A program made the translations under genes and the position numbers. A stretch of 47,682 nt of DNA from Bacteroidetes bacterium QH_7_62_13 (lineage in GTDB: Bacteria; Bacteroidota; Rhodothermia; Rhodothermales; Salinibacteraceae). This document shows, piece after piece, positions 9,063-19,142 of the stretch. The notes under the pieces were generated by a model. That model made no database searches. It saw only the letters and a program-made list of their open reading frames with translations, and was not told the origin of the DNA. Position 1 is the first letter of the stretch; the number at the start of each line of letters is the position of its first letter. Location: assembly GCA_003023365.1 (NCBI GenBank), contig PXTG01000041.1, forward strand, positions 1-47,682. The letters run 5' to 3'.

Positions 9063-10520
9063 ATGGTTTTCGGACGTCTCCTCCTTTGCACCAGCCTGCT
9101 CGTCGCGCTCGCCGGCCCCGTGGACGCCCAACCCGATCGACGGGTCGGGGCCGTCCCGGACACCGTACGCGTGACCCTCACGGAGGCGATCACGAAAGCC
9201 CTTGAGGCGAGTCCGGAGGTCGACCAGCGGCGGGCCCAGCGCCGCTTCGCCACGGCCCGCCGGGACCGAGCAGAGGCCAGCCGGTTTCTCACGAACCTGT
9301 CCCTGAACACGGCCTCGTCGTTTGCTCCGGGCCTCTCGAACGTGCCCCCCGGGACCCCAGACGACGAATTGTATCTAAACCCGAATGTGGAGAACGACTG
9401 GTCACTGGGGGCCCTTCGCCCCTTTAGCCGAGTCGAGATCGTCGCGCGCCAGCCCCTGTTCACGTGGGGGGAGCTCTCCGGCAGCATCGAGGCGGCACGC
9501 CACGGGGTTGACGTGGAGGAGGCTCGTGTCGACCAGAAAGCGCTGGAGGTGGCCGCCCGCACCGGCGAAATCTACTACAACGTACTGCTCACGCAGGCCC
9601 TTAACCGACTGGCGGACCGGACTACCCAGGTCGTCGACCGGGCCAAGAAGGAAATCAACCGGCTGCTAGACGAAGGGAACGAGGACGTCGACCAGGCCGA
9701 TCTTTTCCAGACTCGGCTCACGGAGGAGGAGGTCAAGCGACGGGTCGTCGAGGTCGAGCAACGACAGGCCACGGCCCGGTCGGCCCTGCGGCGCCAGCTG
9801 TTTCTGCCCGAGGGGACGGCCGTCCGCGTCGCGGAGGACGAGCTCCAACCGCTGAACTTCTCGATGCATCCGGACTCGCTCGACCACTACATTCAACTGG
9901 GCCTTCGAAACCGACCCGAGGTCGAGCAGGCCCGAGCCGGCGTCAAGGCGCGTGAGGCACTCGTAGACGTGGAGCAATCCAACTACTATCCCAAAATCGG
10001 TGTACAGGCGAGCCTGTCACAGAGCATCACGCTGCCGGAACGTCCCAATCCCGACAATGCCTTCGTGGGCGACTCGTTCATGGGTACGGGCACCCAAACC
10101 GGCATCGGCATTCAGCAGAATCTGAACTTTGGCCAGACGAAGGCGAAAGTGGAGCAGGCCAAGGCCGAACTCGAAGAGGTAGAGCATCAGCAGACCGCCG
10201 CCCGCCAGCTCGTGCAGTTCGAGGTCGAGGAGGCCTTCCGCAACCTCGTCGTTGCCAAGACGGCCTTCGAGTCCCGAGACCGATCGACGACGATCTCCGG
10301 CGAGTGGCTGCGAACGGAACAAATCAACTTCGATCTTGGCCTCGCCGACACCGAGAACCTCGTGAAGGCCGTACGGGCCGATCTGGAAGCTCGTGCTCGT
10401 TACAACGAGGCCGTCAAGCAGTACAACGTGGCGGTCCTAAAGCTGCTGCGCGCCACGGGCACCCTCACCGATCGCGTGCAGAACGGCACGCTTATTGACG
10501 AGACACAGACCCAGAACTAA
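9063..10520 (+). CDS. TolC-family outer-membrane efflux protein
   Basis: Signal peptide; VTLTEAITKALEASP, QPLFTWG, NRPEVEQAR, YYPKIGV, two helical repeats. Confidence 0.85.
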   Translation: MVFGRLLLCTSLLVALAGPVDAQPDRRVGAVPDTVRVTLTEAITKALEASPEVDQRRAQRRFATARRDRAEASRFLTNLSLNTASSFAPGLSNVPPGTPDDELYLNPNVENDWSLGALRPFSRVEIVARQPLFTWGELSGSIEAARHGVDVEEARVDQKALEVAARTGEIYYNVLLTQALNRLADRTTQVVDRAKKEINRLLDEGNEDVDQADLFQTRLTEEEVKRRVVEVEQRQATARSALRRQLFLPEGTAVRVAEDELQPLNFSMHPDSLDHYIQLGLRNRPEVEQARAGVKAREALVDVEQSNYYPKIGVQASLSQSITLPERPNPDNAFVGDSFMGTGTQTGIGIQQNLNFGQTKAKVEQAKAELEEVEHQQTAARQLVQFEVEEAFRNLVVAKTAFESRDRSTTISGEWLRTEQINFDLGLADTENLVKAVRADLEARARYNEAVKQYNVAVLKLLRATGTLTDRVQNGTLIDETQTQN

Positions 10521-10565
10521 CTCGTGCCCGAACACGCTTCTCTTCTCGACCCGACACCACAACCC

Positions 10566-11216
10566 ATGACATTCTCAACGATGTGCCGTTCCCACTCTTT
10601 TTTTGCCAGCCTCTTTGCCTTGTTGCTCCTGTTCCTGGGCGGAACCGCACCCGCCCCGGCCCAGCAATCCGGATCAAGCTCGACACAGGCGGAAATCCGC
10701 CAGATGCTCGAAGAGCGCGATCAAGAGATCAAATCCATCCTCAGCGGCGATAAGAACTACAACAAGGAGCAGCGCGCGCGCCTGCGAGAACTCATCAACG
10801 GCGTGCTCGACTTCCGGGCCATGGCCGCGACGGCGCTCGGGACGCACTGGGACACCCTCGGTACCGACCGGCGCGACCAGTTCGTGGAGGTGTTCCAGGA
10901 CGTGGTGCGCGCCCAATCGATGAGCGACCTCGATGTGTACAACTCGACGGTCACCTACGACCAGATTACCGTACAGGGCGACAGCGCCTACGTGCGCACC
11001 ATGACCGAGTACGAAGGCACCCGGACGCCGGTCGAGTACATTCTGAAGCGCCGGGACGACGAATGGAAGGCTGAGGACATCATCGTCGACGAGGTGAGCA
11101 CGGCGGAGGGGTACGCCCGCTCCTTCCAGACCGTGGTCCGGAAGCGGGGCTTCGACGCGCTGATGGAGAGACTACGCAAGAAGCGACAGGAGATTGAAGG
11201 CTCGAAAAGCGAGTAG
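10566..11216 (+). CDS. MlaC/Ttg2D (HpnM-like) periplasmic lipid-binding protein
   Basis: Signal peptide; LDFRAMAATALGTHW...QFVEVF...VEYIL....WKAEDIIVDEVS....YARSF. Confidence 0.85.
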   Translation: MTFSTMCRSHSFFASLFALLLLFLGGTAPAPAQQSGSSSTQAEIRQMLEERDQEIKSILSGDKNYNKEQRARLRELINGVLDFRAMAATALGTHWDTLGTDRRDQFVEVFQDVVRAQSMSDLDVYNSTVTYDQITVQGDSAYVRTMTEYEGTRTPVEYILKRRDDEWKAEDIIVDEVSTAEGYARSFQTVVRKRGFDALMERLRKKRQEIEGSKSE

Positions 11217-11330
11217 TCATCTCTGGGCACGTCGCTTCCTTGTAAGTGGAAGAGACGCAAATTCAGCGTCGGCAGCGACCCGCCTGCTTTCTGAGATTTA
11301 CGAACTGTCTGCGCTTCTGGCGTCTCGATC

Positions 11331-12467
11331 ATGCACATCGCATACCTCACCGATCAACTTCTTCCTCAGACCGCCACGGACACAGAGTACATGATTTCAA
11401 CGGTCGCGGCCTTCGGTAAAGTTGGGGCTGAGACCACTCTCATAAAACCGGAGCACTGGTTCGATCCCGAGCCGGGGCGCGACGACATCGCCGACTATTA
11501 CCAGGTCGATCCGACATTCGAGGTCAAGGCTGTTCGAAGCGTATATCCGAACATCCGTGGCATTGAGAAGGTGGCACAGGGAGTTGCTGCTCCCCTTCAC
11601 TCGGTCGCCCGCCAGGCCGACGTGCTCTACACCTACACACTTCCTATTCTCATAGGGGCGCTGCTTTTCGGCACCCGGCCCATCGTCTACGAAACCTACC
11701 GCCCGTGGCCGTACCAGCAGCCATGGAGCGCTCCGTTCTTCCGCTGGGTTGCCCGCCACCCGCGCTTTCTGGGGGCAGTGCTTCATTCCGAGCACGCTCG
11801 GGCCAGCTACGAGGAAACAGGGCTTGATCCCGATTCATTACTCGCGGCCCGGGCTGGTTACGATCCTGATCCCCTATCTCGTCGGCTCTCTCGATCGGAG
11901 GCTCGCGACTACTGCGGCTTGTCCGACCGACCGACCGTCACGTACACGGGACGGGTAACGATGAAGAAGGGGCTGGGACTGATGCTCGAAATGGCACGCG
12001 CTCTTCCTGAGGTGCAGTTCGTCATCGTCGGGTCCGAGGGGGAAGGGGAAGTGGAACGACGGGCCGCCTGCCTCGACAACGTCCGCGTAGTGCCGTGGCA
12101 GCCATTCGACGAGATGACTCCTTATCTCTACGCTGCTGATGTACTGCTCATTCCCCCCTCCACGACGCCCCTAAAGACGGTCGGCAACACCGTACTACCC
12201 ATGAAGACCTTTCCGTACATGGCCACCGGGCGCGCCATCCTTGCCCCCAATTCTCCCGACCTTCGCGAGCTCCTGCAGGACGGCGAGAACGCCGCGCTCG
12301 TCCCCCCCGACGACTCTGACGCCGCCGTCCGCCGGCTGCGTTCCCTGCTCGACGACCCGGACACCCGCGAACGCCTCGGTGCCGCGGCTCGGGCCGACAT
12401 CGAGGACCACACGTGGCCGCGTCGCGCCGAGCGCATCCTGCACTTTATCCAGGACCGACTGGCGTAG
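11331..12467 (+). CDS. Glycosyltransferase family 4 (GT-B)
   Basis: VTYTGRVTMKKGL, ADVLLIP, PMKTFPYMATGRAILA, LVPPDD, HTWPRRAERI. Confidence 0.9.
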   Translation: MHIAYLTDQLLPQTATDTEYMISTVAAFGKVGAETTLIKPEHWFDPEPGRDDIADYYQVDPTFEVKAVRSVYPNIRGIEKVAQGVAAPLHSVARQADVLYTYTLPILIGALLFGTRPIVYETYRPWPYQQPWSAPFFRWVARHPRFLGAVLHSEHARASYEETGLDPDSLLAARAGYDPDPLSRRLSRSEARDYCGLSDRPTVTYTGRVTMKKGLGLMLEMARALPEVQFVIVGSEGEGEVERRAACLDNVRVVPWQPFDEMTPYLYAADVLLIPPSTTPLKTVGNTVLPMKTFPYMATGRAILAPNSPDLRELLQDGENAALVPPDDSDAAVRRLRSLLDDPDTRERLGAAARADIEDHTWPRRAERILHFIQDRLA

Positions 12468-12480
12468 ACGATGTCGTAGG

Positions 12481-12626
12481 TAACTCAAGTTGCGACCTAT
12501 GGTGCTGTCTTCGGCGAGACGGCAGACGACTGGCTGCGGACCGCAGAAGAAGGCGCTTTTCGGCAGTCCGCCGTCCGTGGTCCGCTGTCATTAAGGCAAT
12601 ACACTTGTACCCCGCAACTTGGGTTA
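12481..12626. mobile_element. Putative MITE-like element with 14-bp terminal inverted repeats and an internal heptamer hairpin
   Basis: TAACTCAAGTTGCG (12481-12494) vs CGCAACTTGGGTTA (12613-12626), 1 mismatch; internal GACGGCA/GACGACT/GACCGCA units mirrored by GCAGTCC/GCCGTCC/GTGGTCC units. Confidence 0.45.
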
Positions 12627-12776
12627 GGTAGGAGAAAAACGACCCTTCCAGTGGCGACCGCTTCGGAGCGAATCCGTCTGCGGAATTCAGCGTGACCGGT
12701 GGACGCGTCAACGCAACCACGTCCATACGTCCAGTCCGCCCCCCCTCCCTCCCCCACGAAGCTTACGGAGTTAGCC

Positions 12777-13232
12777 TCAGTGCGGCTCGTACTCCAGAAA
12801 GCGCGCCTTCAACTCCGGGGTGGGCACGCGGCACTGATCGCGCCTCCCGAACCAGCGGTACCGGTTCGCCGCAATCCAGTGGTAGACGGCGTCGCGGAGG
12901 AGACGGGGCACGACGATGAACGCGTAGAGCAGCGGCCATGGCCCCGTCAGGTGCCGGGCAATCCGGAGGGCCGCCGTCGATCGGTCGTACACCTCCCCAT
13001 CCTCCACGAGCACGATGGTATTGAGGGCGGCGCCCGAGACCTCGCCCTTCTCCAGCAGTCGCTCGCCGGTGTCCGACTGGAGGGGCGCGAAGCGAAAGTA
13101 GGCGTCCGGGTCGCGGTCGATGACGAAGTTGACCGCGCCGTTGCACAGGTTGCACACCCCGTCGAAGAGCACGACGGCGTGGTCTTCAGTGCGTGTAGGG
13201 GGGTCGCAGGGCGCGTGGTCGGGCATCGACAC
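12777..13232 (-). CDS. DCC family thiol-disulfide oxidoreductase
   Basis: VVLFDGVCNLCNG, FRFAPLQS, RDAVYHWIAANRYRWFG...C. Confidence 0.93.
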   Translation of the reverse strand: MSMPDHAPCDPPTRTEDHAVVLFDGVCNLCNGAVNFVIDRDPDAYFRFAPLQSDTGERLLEKGEVSGAALNTIVLVEDGEVYDRSTAALRIARHLTGPWPLLYAFIVVPRLLRDAVYHWIAANRYRWFGRRDQCRVPTPELKARFLEYEPH

Positions 13233-13279
13233 AGCAAGCTTGCAAGGAATGCCGAATCAGGACCGCCTGACTCCTTCCT

Positions 13280-14131
13280 TCATGCGGTCGAGGGCGTTGT
13301 GCGTCGGAGCCACGACGCGGATCGTCGCCCAATCAGCTCAAAGAGCTTCTCGTTTTCCTCCTCATAGAGATCGTAAAGCCGCAGAACATTGTCGGGCGAG
13401 GGATTAAGTTTGGTGGAGGGAAGCGGGCGATCGAGCAGCTTCACGAGGTCCTTCGGGAGGAGGTAGTATTGGAGAAGCAGGCCAAGGAGCGAGAGATAGT
13501 GTTCGCCCCGCTTCCGATCGAGATCGGCCGTTTCCACCGACGGATCCGCGCCGATAAAATCATATAGACGCCGAAGGGTTCGCTGGGGGGCTTGTAGGAT
13601 GTCCTCCTCGAATAGGAAGAGGAGAATCTGATCGGAATCGAACAGGTCCAGATATCGGCGCAGCTCCCGGTAGTAGAATCCCTTTTCAATAATTCCGAGC
13701 CCTTCGACTCGGGATTGCTCGTCCCCGAAGAGAAGGGCATCGATGCCGTACAGCGGCGAAATGTGCCCGCGTCGAATGAAGTGGTTGAGGGCCGAGACGG
13801 CTCGATTCACCGGATTCCGGAGCGTCACCACGAGCTTCATGTCGGGGTACATGTCGTGGATGCGCTCGTGGGAGCCGGCGATGTGATTCCGAGTCCCATC
13901 CGACGTCGTCCACAGGTAATCGGGCGATTTGTCGCCAACGATCTGGTCGGGGGCGGCCGTTTCGAAGAAGGATTCGTACCAGGATTGGCCCCGCGCGAGA
14001 CGGTGACGCCTGTTGAAGAACTGGGCCTCTTTCGTAGGCACGTGCACCTGCGGGTGCCTGCGAAGGTGATAGCGGAGCCACGTCGTCCCGCATTTTTGTC
14101 CGCCAATAATGATGAAGTCGGGGGCAGGCAT
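13280..14131 (-). CDS. PAPS-dependent sulfotransferase
   Basis: 5'-PSB loop PDFIIIGGQKCGTTWL, GDKSPDY, 3'-PB motif LRNPVNRAVS. Confidence 0.92.
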   Translation of the reverse strand: MPAPDFIIIGGQKCGTTWLRYHLRRHPQVHVPTKEAQFFNRRHRLARGQSWYESFFETAAPDQIVGDKSPDYLWTTSDGTRNHIAGSHERIHDMYPDMKLVVTLRNPVNRAVSALNHFIRRGHISPLYGIDALLFGDEQSRVEGLGIIEKGFYYRELRRYLDLFDSDQILLFLFEEDILQAPQRTLRRLYDFIGADPSVETADLDRKRGEHYLSLLGLLLQYYLLPKDLVKLLDRPLPSTKLNPSPDNVLRLYDLYEEENEKLFELIGRRSASWLRRTTPSTA

Positions 14132-14561
14132 AACGCTGGAGAAGGGACAGATTGGCGAGTTCCAGATTCGACACCCTGGTACACCGCAGTGCCGGTCCTT
14201 GTTTTGGGCGTATGCCCTGTTTCAACGCCGGTGCTCACGGCAAGTAGACGGGGACCCGCCGCGAAAAACCAGACGAGCGTATCGGGAAGCAATGAGCAAC
14301 GCACGGTTTTTCTCTTTGCGGACGGAGCGTCAATCCGGAGCCCACGAACAGTTCAGAAGTTCACAACCGCTGGCGAACGGTCCGTTCATGACAGTGTTTG
14401 AAGCCCCGGTCTTTTGGAACTGCTGAAAAATGTTGAGAGACGTCTGGTGAGGACAGGCGACTGAGGAGGTCGATGGGGCATTTGGCAGCCCCCCTCGTTC
14501 AGCGGAGAGAACTGCCAGCTGCCGACTCGTCTCCGCTCCCCGGCGTTTTCCGTCTCCACCC

Positions 14562-16055
14562 GTGGCTGACTCCAACACTTCGAACCATCAGCCAAGTTCG
14601 GACGACGCGTCCTTCTCCTGGCAGGTTATCCGCTCCTTCCTCTATTCGGGAGTCGGGACGACCGTCAGCAAAGTGCTGAACGTGGTAGCCCTCCTGGTGG
14701 TGCTGAAGCTGATATCGACGTCTGCGTTCGGCATTGCCAGCATCGTGCTGGCCATCTTTTCGATCCTGCGAGCCGTGACGGAACTTGGGCTCGGGGTGGC
14801 CATCGTGCAGGCCCAGGACATCACGCGGGCCGAGATTGACTCTCTCTTCTGGCTGTCCCTCCTCATTTCAGGCAGTATCTACCTGTTGCTCGTTGCGTCC
14901 GCTCCCCTCATCGGACAGTTCTACGGGCAGTCGCAGATATCTCCGCTCCTGCAGGTGTACGGCCTGTCGGTGGTGATCTTCTCCTTCTACTTCGTGCCGA
15001 AAAACCTGCTCACGAAGGAGATGGCCTTTGGGCGAATCGTGTTGGCCGAGAATGCGTCGTTGCTCGGGTCTGCGCTCGTGATGGTGGCGTTGGCGTATCT
15101 CGGCTTCGGCGCCTGGTCTGTGATTCTCGGGGAACTGGGCAATCGGGTCGGGCGGCTGGCGTTGTTTCACGTCTTTCGTCCCTACTGGCCGAACTGGCGG
15201 TTCGACTGGGCAGAGATCAAGCCGCGCGTCTCGTTTGGGTTGTACGCCACCGGATCTCGTCTGCTGTATAACTTCTACATCAAAGCCGATTATCTGCTGG
15301 TGGGACGGGTCTTTGGGCCGGAAGCAGTGGGGGTGTACGCGATGGCGTTCCGCATCATCTCCGATCCCGTGCGCACGCTGACATCCACCGTCAACGACGT
15401 TGCCTATCCGGCCTTCTCGAAGCTGCAGGAGGAGCTGGAGCGGTTACGCACCTACTTCTTGACGATTGCCCGGGCCAATCTCTCCCTCATTGGGCTCGTC
15501 CTGGTCATCATTGCGGTCTACGTTGAGAGTCTGTTGATTGTAGGGGGGTACCAGAAGTACTTCGATGCCATCCCCCTCGTGCACATTTTTGCAGTCGTCG
15601 GGCTCCTGCGCTCCGTCTCTGCTCTCGTTCCGCAACTACTGAATGCCGTTGGGGAGGCTCGTCTCAACTTTTTCTACTCTCTTGCCAATTCCGTTCTTAT
15701 GCCCGCTGCCTTCCTGGTCGGGGCCCAGTTTTCCCTGAATGGGGTAGCCTGGGCCTGGGTCACTGCGTTCCCGATGGCGGTCATGCTGCTGTTTTACTTT
15801 GGCGCCTGCGCCCTCAAAATGCCCCTGTTCACCGTGCTCGGTCGAATTGTGCCGGCGGGGCTCGTGCTCCTACCTGCCCTCGGCGTGGCTCTTGGTGCGC
15901 AGTGGCTTGCCGACACGTACCTGCCCCAGATGCCCATCCTGACGCTCGCGCTCGGGGTCCTTAGCACGCTCGGCTTGGGACTGGGTCTCATCGCCTGGCA
16001 CGAACGAGAGGCCATCGCCGTCATACGGGGACGCTACTCCGCGCAGAGTGCCTGA
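14562..16055 (+). CDS. Wzx-type oligosaccharide flippase
   Basis: Many TM helices; ELGLGVAIVQ, GFGAWSVI, ADYLLVGRVFGPEAVGVYAMAF, VAYPAFSKLQ. Confidence 0.9.
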   Translation: MADSNTSNHQPSSDDASFSWQVIRSFLYSGVGTTVSKVLNVVALLVVLKLISTSAFGIASIVLAIFSILRAVTELGLGVAIVQAQDITRAEIDSLFWLSLLISGSIYLLLVASAPLIGQFYGQSQISPLLQVYGLSVVIFSFYFVPKNLLTKEMAFGRIVLAENASLLGSALVMVALAYLGFGAWSVILGELGNRVGRLALFHVFRPYWPNWRFDWAEIKPRVSFGLYATGSRLLYNFYIKADYLLVGRVFGPEAVGVYAMAFRIISDPVRTLTSTVNDVAYPAFSKLQEELERLRTYFLTIARANLSLIGLVLVIIAVYVESLLIVGGYQKYFDAIPLVHIFAVVGLLRSVSALVPQLLNAVGEARLNFFYSLANSVLMPAAFLVGAQFSLNGVAWAWVTAFPMAVMLLFYFGACALKMPLFTVLGRIVPAGLVLLPALGVALGAQWLADTYLPQMPILTLALGVLSTLGLGLGLIAWHEREAIAVIRGRYSAQSA

Positions 16056-16124
16056 GCCCCCTCACCATCCGTTCGTAGAAAACGCCGTGCGGACGCATTA
16101 ACGCCCGTCGTCCGCACCACAAAC

Positions 16125-17468
16125 ATGACGATGAGGAAATTCCCCGTCGAAAAGGTCGCGTTCGCCTTCTCCGTCCTGGTGCTCGTGTTCGTTTACGGGT
16201 ACTCAGCCCGTCAGAACGGATTTTTCCCGGATCAAATTCTCCGACAGGTACAGGCGGAAGCCAGCAACATCTGGTACCAGCCGTCCCTCACCACTCGGGT
16301 CCACGAGCGCCACGGGGTACGGGTCGAGGATTCAAGCGCAGTGCAGCCCGGATTGACGTTCATCAATTCGTTTTGGAAAGGAGAGGACGGGTGGTACGCG
16401 GGGTTCCAGTTGATCAACCGGGAGGGGGAGACCCTTCACCGATGGCGTGTCGATCGAGGGACGCTCTTCCCGGACTCGGTCGAGCGGCGGGGCGCTCCCG
16501 AGCACAAAATTCTACACGGCTCTCACCTATTCCCGAACGGAGACGTCCTGTTCAACGCGGAGTACGTGGGGGCAGTGCGCATGGACGCCTGCGGGGACGT
16601 CCGCTGGCAGCTTCTGGAGGGTAACCATCACTCGATCACGCGCGCCGAGGATGGAACGTTCTGGATTTCTGGTCTCACCGAAGAGCTCCGAACGAAGAGC
16701 CAACAGTATCCGAATGGATACCCCGGTATCGACAAGCCCGTTTGGATCGATCAGCTCCACCACGTGAGTGCGGACGGAACGCTCCTGAACCGGATCAACG
16801 TCCTTGACCTTCTCTACTCGAATAATCTGGAGCGATACATCGTCAAGGCTTGGCAGCCGCATGCCGGCGATCAACAGCCGCGGACGAAGGACATCACGCA
16901 CCTGAATGACGTAGAGCCCCTCTCCTCCTCGATGGCAGACGAGTATCCGCTCTTCGAGGCCGGCGACCTGGTGGTGTCGCTCCGAAAAATCAGCCTCGTG
17001 TTCGTCGTCGACCCAGATACCGGCGAGGTGAAATGGCACACCTCTGATCCGCTCATCATGCAGCACGATCCGGATTTCATTGGGGACGGGTGGATTGGGA
17101 TCTTCGATAACAACCGGAACTTTACGGACCGGGGACGGATGCTGGGTGGCAGCCGCATCGTGGCCGTCCAGCCCCACACCGATTCCGTGGAGATCCGCTT
17201 CCCGACACCGACGTCGGACCTGCTCTACACCGACACGCAAGGCATGTGGCAGCAGCTTCCGAACGACAACATGTTGCTCGCAGAGGCGAAGGCCGGCCGC
17301 ATTCTGGAGGTCGCCCCCGACGGTCGGACCATCTGGGAGTGGATCATTGAGCCATACAATAAGTCGAAGGTATCCCGAATCTCGGAGATGGCCCGGCACG
17401 ACGTGTCACGGTCGGACGTCGCGTCCTGGCCATGCTCGTCGGTCGATTCGGTGCAGGCGGCGCCGTGA
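16125..17468 (+). CDS. Arylsulfotransferase (ASST)-family protein, paralog 1
   Basis: N-terminal anchor; QPGLT, HGSHL, DACG, NHHSI, DITHLNDVE, QHDPDF, IFDNN, QQLPNDNML, GRILEV...WEW. Confidence 0.85.
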   Translation: MTMRKFPVEKVAFAFSVLVLVFVYGYSARQNGFFPDQILRQVQAEASNIWYQPSLTTRVHERHGVRVEDSSAVQPGLTFINSFWKGEDGWYAGFQLINREGETLHRWRVDRGTLFPDSVERRGAPEHKILHGSHLFPNGDVLFNAEYVGAVRMDACGDVRWQLLEGNHHSITRAEDGTFWISGLTEELRTKSQQYPNGYPGIDKPVWIDQLHHVSADGTLLNRINVLDLLYSNNLERYIVKAWQPHAGDQQPRTKDITHLNDVEPLSSSMADEYPLFEAGDLVVSLRKISLVFVVDPDTGEVKWHTSDPLIMQHDPDFIGDGWIGIFDNNRNFTDRGRMLGGSRIVAVQPHTDSVEIRFPTPTSDLLYTDTQGMWQQLPNDNMLLAEAKAGRILEVAPDGRTIWEWIIEPYNKSKVSRISEMARHDVSRSDVASWPCSSVDSVQAAP

Positions 17469-17607
17469 GTAGCAGCGGGCACCCGCGAGCGTCCAGGGGG
17501 TCCGGGATCGGTGATTTTGCCCGATATCCGAACAGTGTGTCTTTCGGAGAGTCGTCGTTATCGTGCACATCAGGGGAGCGTTCTACCGCGAAGCGTAGTT
17601 TAGCAGA

Positions 17608-18957
17608 ATGTCGATGCCGTCGTCTTTGGAAAAGGGGCTTTTTATTTTCTCCGTAGCACTGCTCGCTTATCTGGGCGGCTTTGCGACCCGGTGGCACGAC
17701 TGGTTCCCGAACGCGCACCTGGAGCGGGCGTCCCGACAGACGACGGCTCTGCTCACCACGTGGTCGGCAGGGCCTCCCAATCTGCACGACAAGGTGTACG
17801 ATCGGTCAGGGGCACAAACTGTCCGCCCGGATCGCGTGCAGCCCGGGCTCACCCTCATTACCTCGTCCTGGTCTACGGATGAGGGGTGGACGGCCGGGCT
17901 CAACCTGATCGATGAGGGCGGGGCGGCTGTGCACCGATGGCGGTTCGACCGAAGGCGTCTCTTCCCCGACTCCGTAGACCGGAGGGGCAATCCGGCACTG
18001 AAGGCTATCCACGGAACGCACCTTTTTCCAGATGGAGACGTACTGGTGAACGTCGAGTACGTCGGGACGGCTCGTCTCGATGCATGTGGCCGCGTCCAGT
18101 GGCGATTGTCAGCCGGATCTCACCACGCAATTTCGCGGACGGAGGCGGGCTCGTTCTGGATCCCAGGCACGAGTCGCACGCCGCGGGCCGGCAGTGAGCA
18201 GTATCCTGACGGCTTCCCCGGCATCGAAGGGCGGGTTTGGCTCGATCAGCTCCTGCACGTCACTGCGGAGGGTGCGGTGACCGACAGGCTAAACGTGCTT
18301 GACGTTCTCTACGCCAATGACTTGGAGCGCTACCTCTTCAAAGCATACAAGCCCAATCGGGTGCCCGGGCACCGAAAGGGAGGCGGACGAGACGTCACGC
18401 ACCTCAACGACGTAGAGTCCCTCTCCTCCTCGATGGCCGACGAATATCCTACATTCGAGGCTGGGGATCTGCTGATTTCGCTCCGCTACATCGACCTCGT
18501 GCTCGTGCTCGATCCCCAGTCCAAAACCGTAAAGTGGCACACCAGGACCTCACTCATCCAGCAGCACGATCCGGATTTCATTGGGAACGGGTGGATTGGG
18601 GTTTTCAACAATAATACCGACTATTCGAACCGGGGAGCCACGCTGGGGGGGAGCCAGATCGTGACCTTTCAGCCACACACGGACTCGATGAACGTTCGAT
18701 TTCCAAGCTCCCGTTCAAAACCGTTCTACACCAACACGCGCGGCAAGTGGCAGCAACTGGCGAACGGAAACATGCTCCTCACTGAAGCCAATGCAGGGCG
18801 GGTGGTGGAAGTGACCTCGAATGGACGCACGGTCTGGGAGTGGATCAAGGCTCCCTACGAGGAGGGGCAAGTGCCGGTCGTAACGAAAGGAACGCGGTAC
18901 GACCTCTCAAGGGACGATGTCGCCGCGTGGTCCTGTTCGAACAAGCCGTCCCGCTGA
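17608..18957 (+). CDS. Arylsulfotransferase (ASST)-family protein, paralog 2
   Basis: Same motif series (HGTHL, DACG, SHHAI, DVTHLNDVE, QHDPDF, QQLANGNML); start could be 17608 or 17614. Confidence 0.85.
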   Translation: MSMPSSLEKGLFIFSVALLAYLGGFATRWHDWFPNAHLERASRQTTALLTTWSAGPPNLHDKVYDRSGAQTVRPDRVQPGLTLITSSWSTDEGWTAGLNLIDEGGAAVHRWRFDRRRLFPDSVDRRGNPALKAIHGTHLFPDGDVLVNVEYVGTARLDACGRVQWRLSAGSHHAISRTEAGSFWIPGTSRTPRAGSEQYPDGFPGIEGRVWLDQLLHVTAEGAVTDRLNVLDVLYANDLERYLFKAYKPNRVPGHRKGGGRDVTHLNDVESLSSSMADEYPTFEAGDLLISLRYIDLVLVLDPQSKTVKWHTRTSLIQQHDPDFIGNGWIGVFNNNTDYSNRGATLGGSQIVTFQPHTDSMNVRFPSSRSKPFYTNTRGKWQQLANGNMLLTEANAGRVVEVTSNGRTVWEWIKAPYEEGQVPVVTKGTRYDLSRDDVAAWSCSNKPSR

Positions 18958-19142
18958 CCTGCTCCTCCCAGTCTCACATGAATGTCGGGCACGGTGCCCT
19001 TCAGGACCGGGCGCTCTCCGGCCGAGGGGAGTGCGGGGCCAGCGACGGCATTTTGATGGCCAACTACCGGACCAGGCTGACTCTCGCCGAGTGAGAGTGC
19101 TCCACACTACACGTATAGCGGCACACTACAACATGTAACGGA

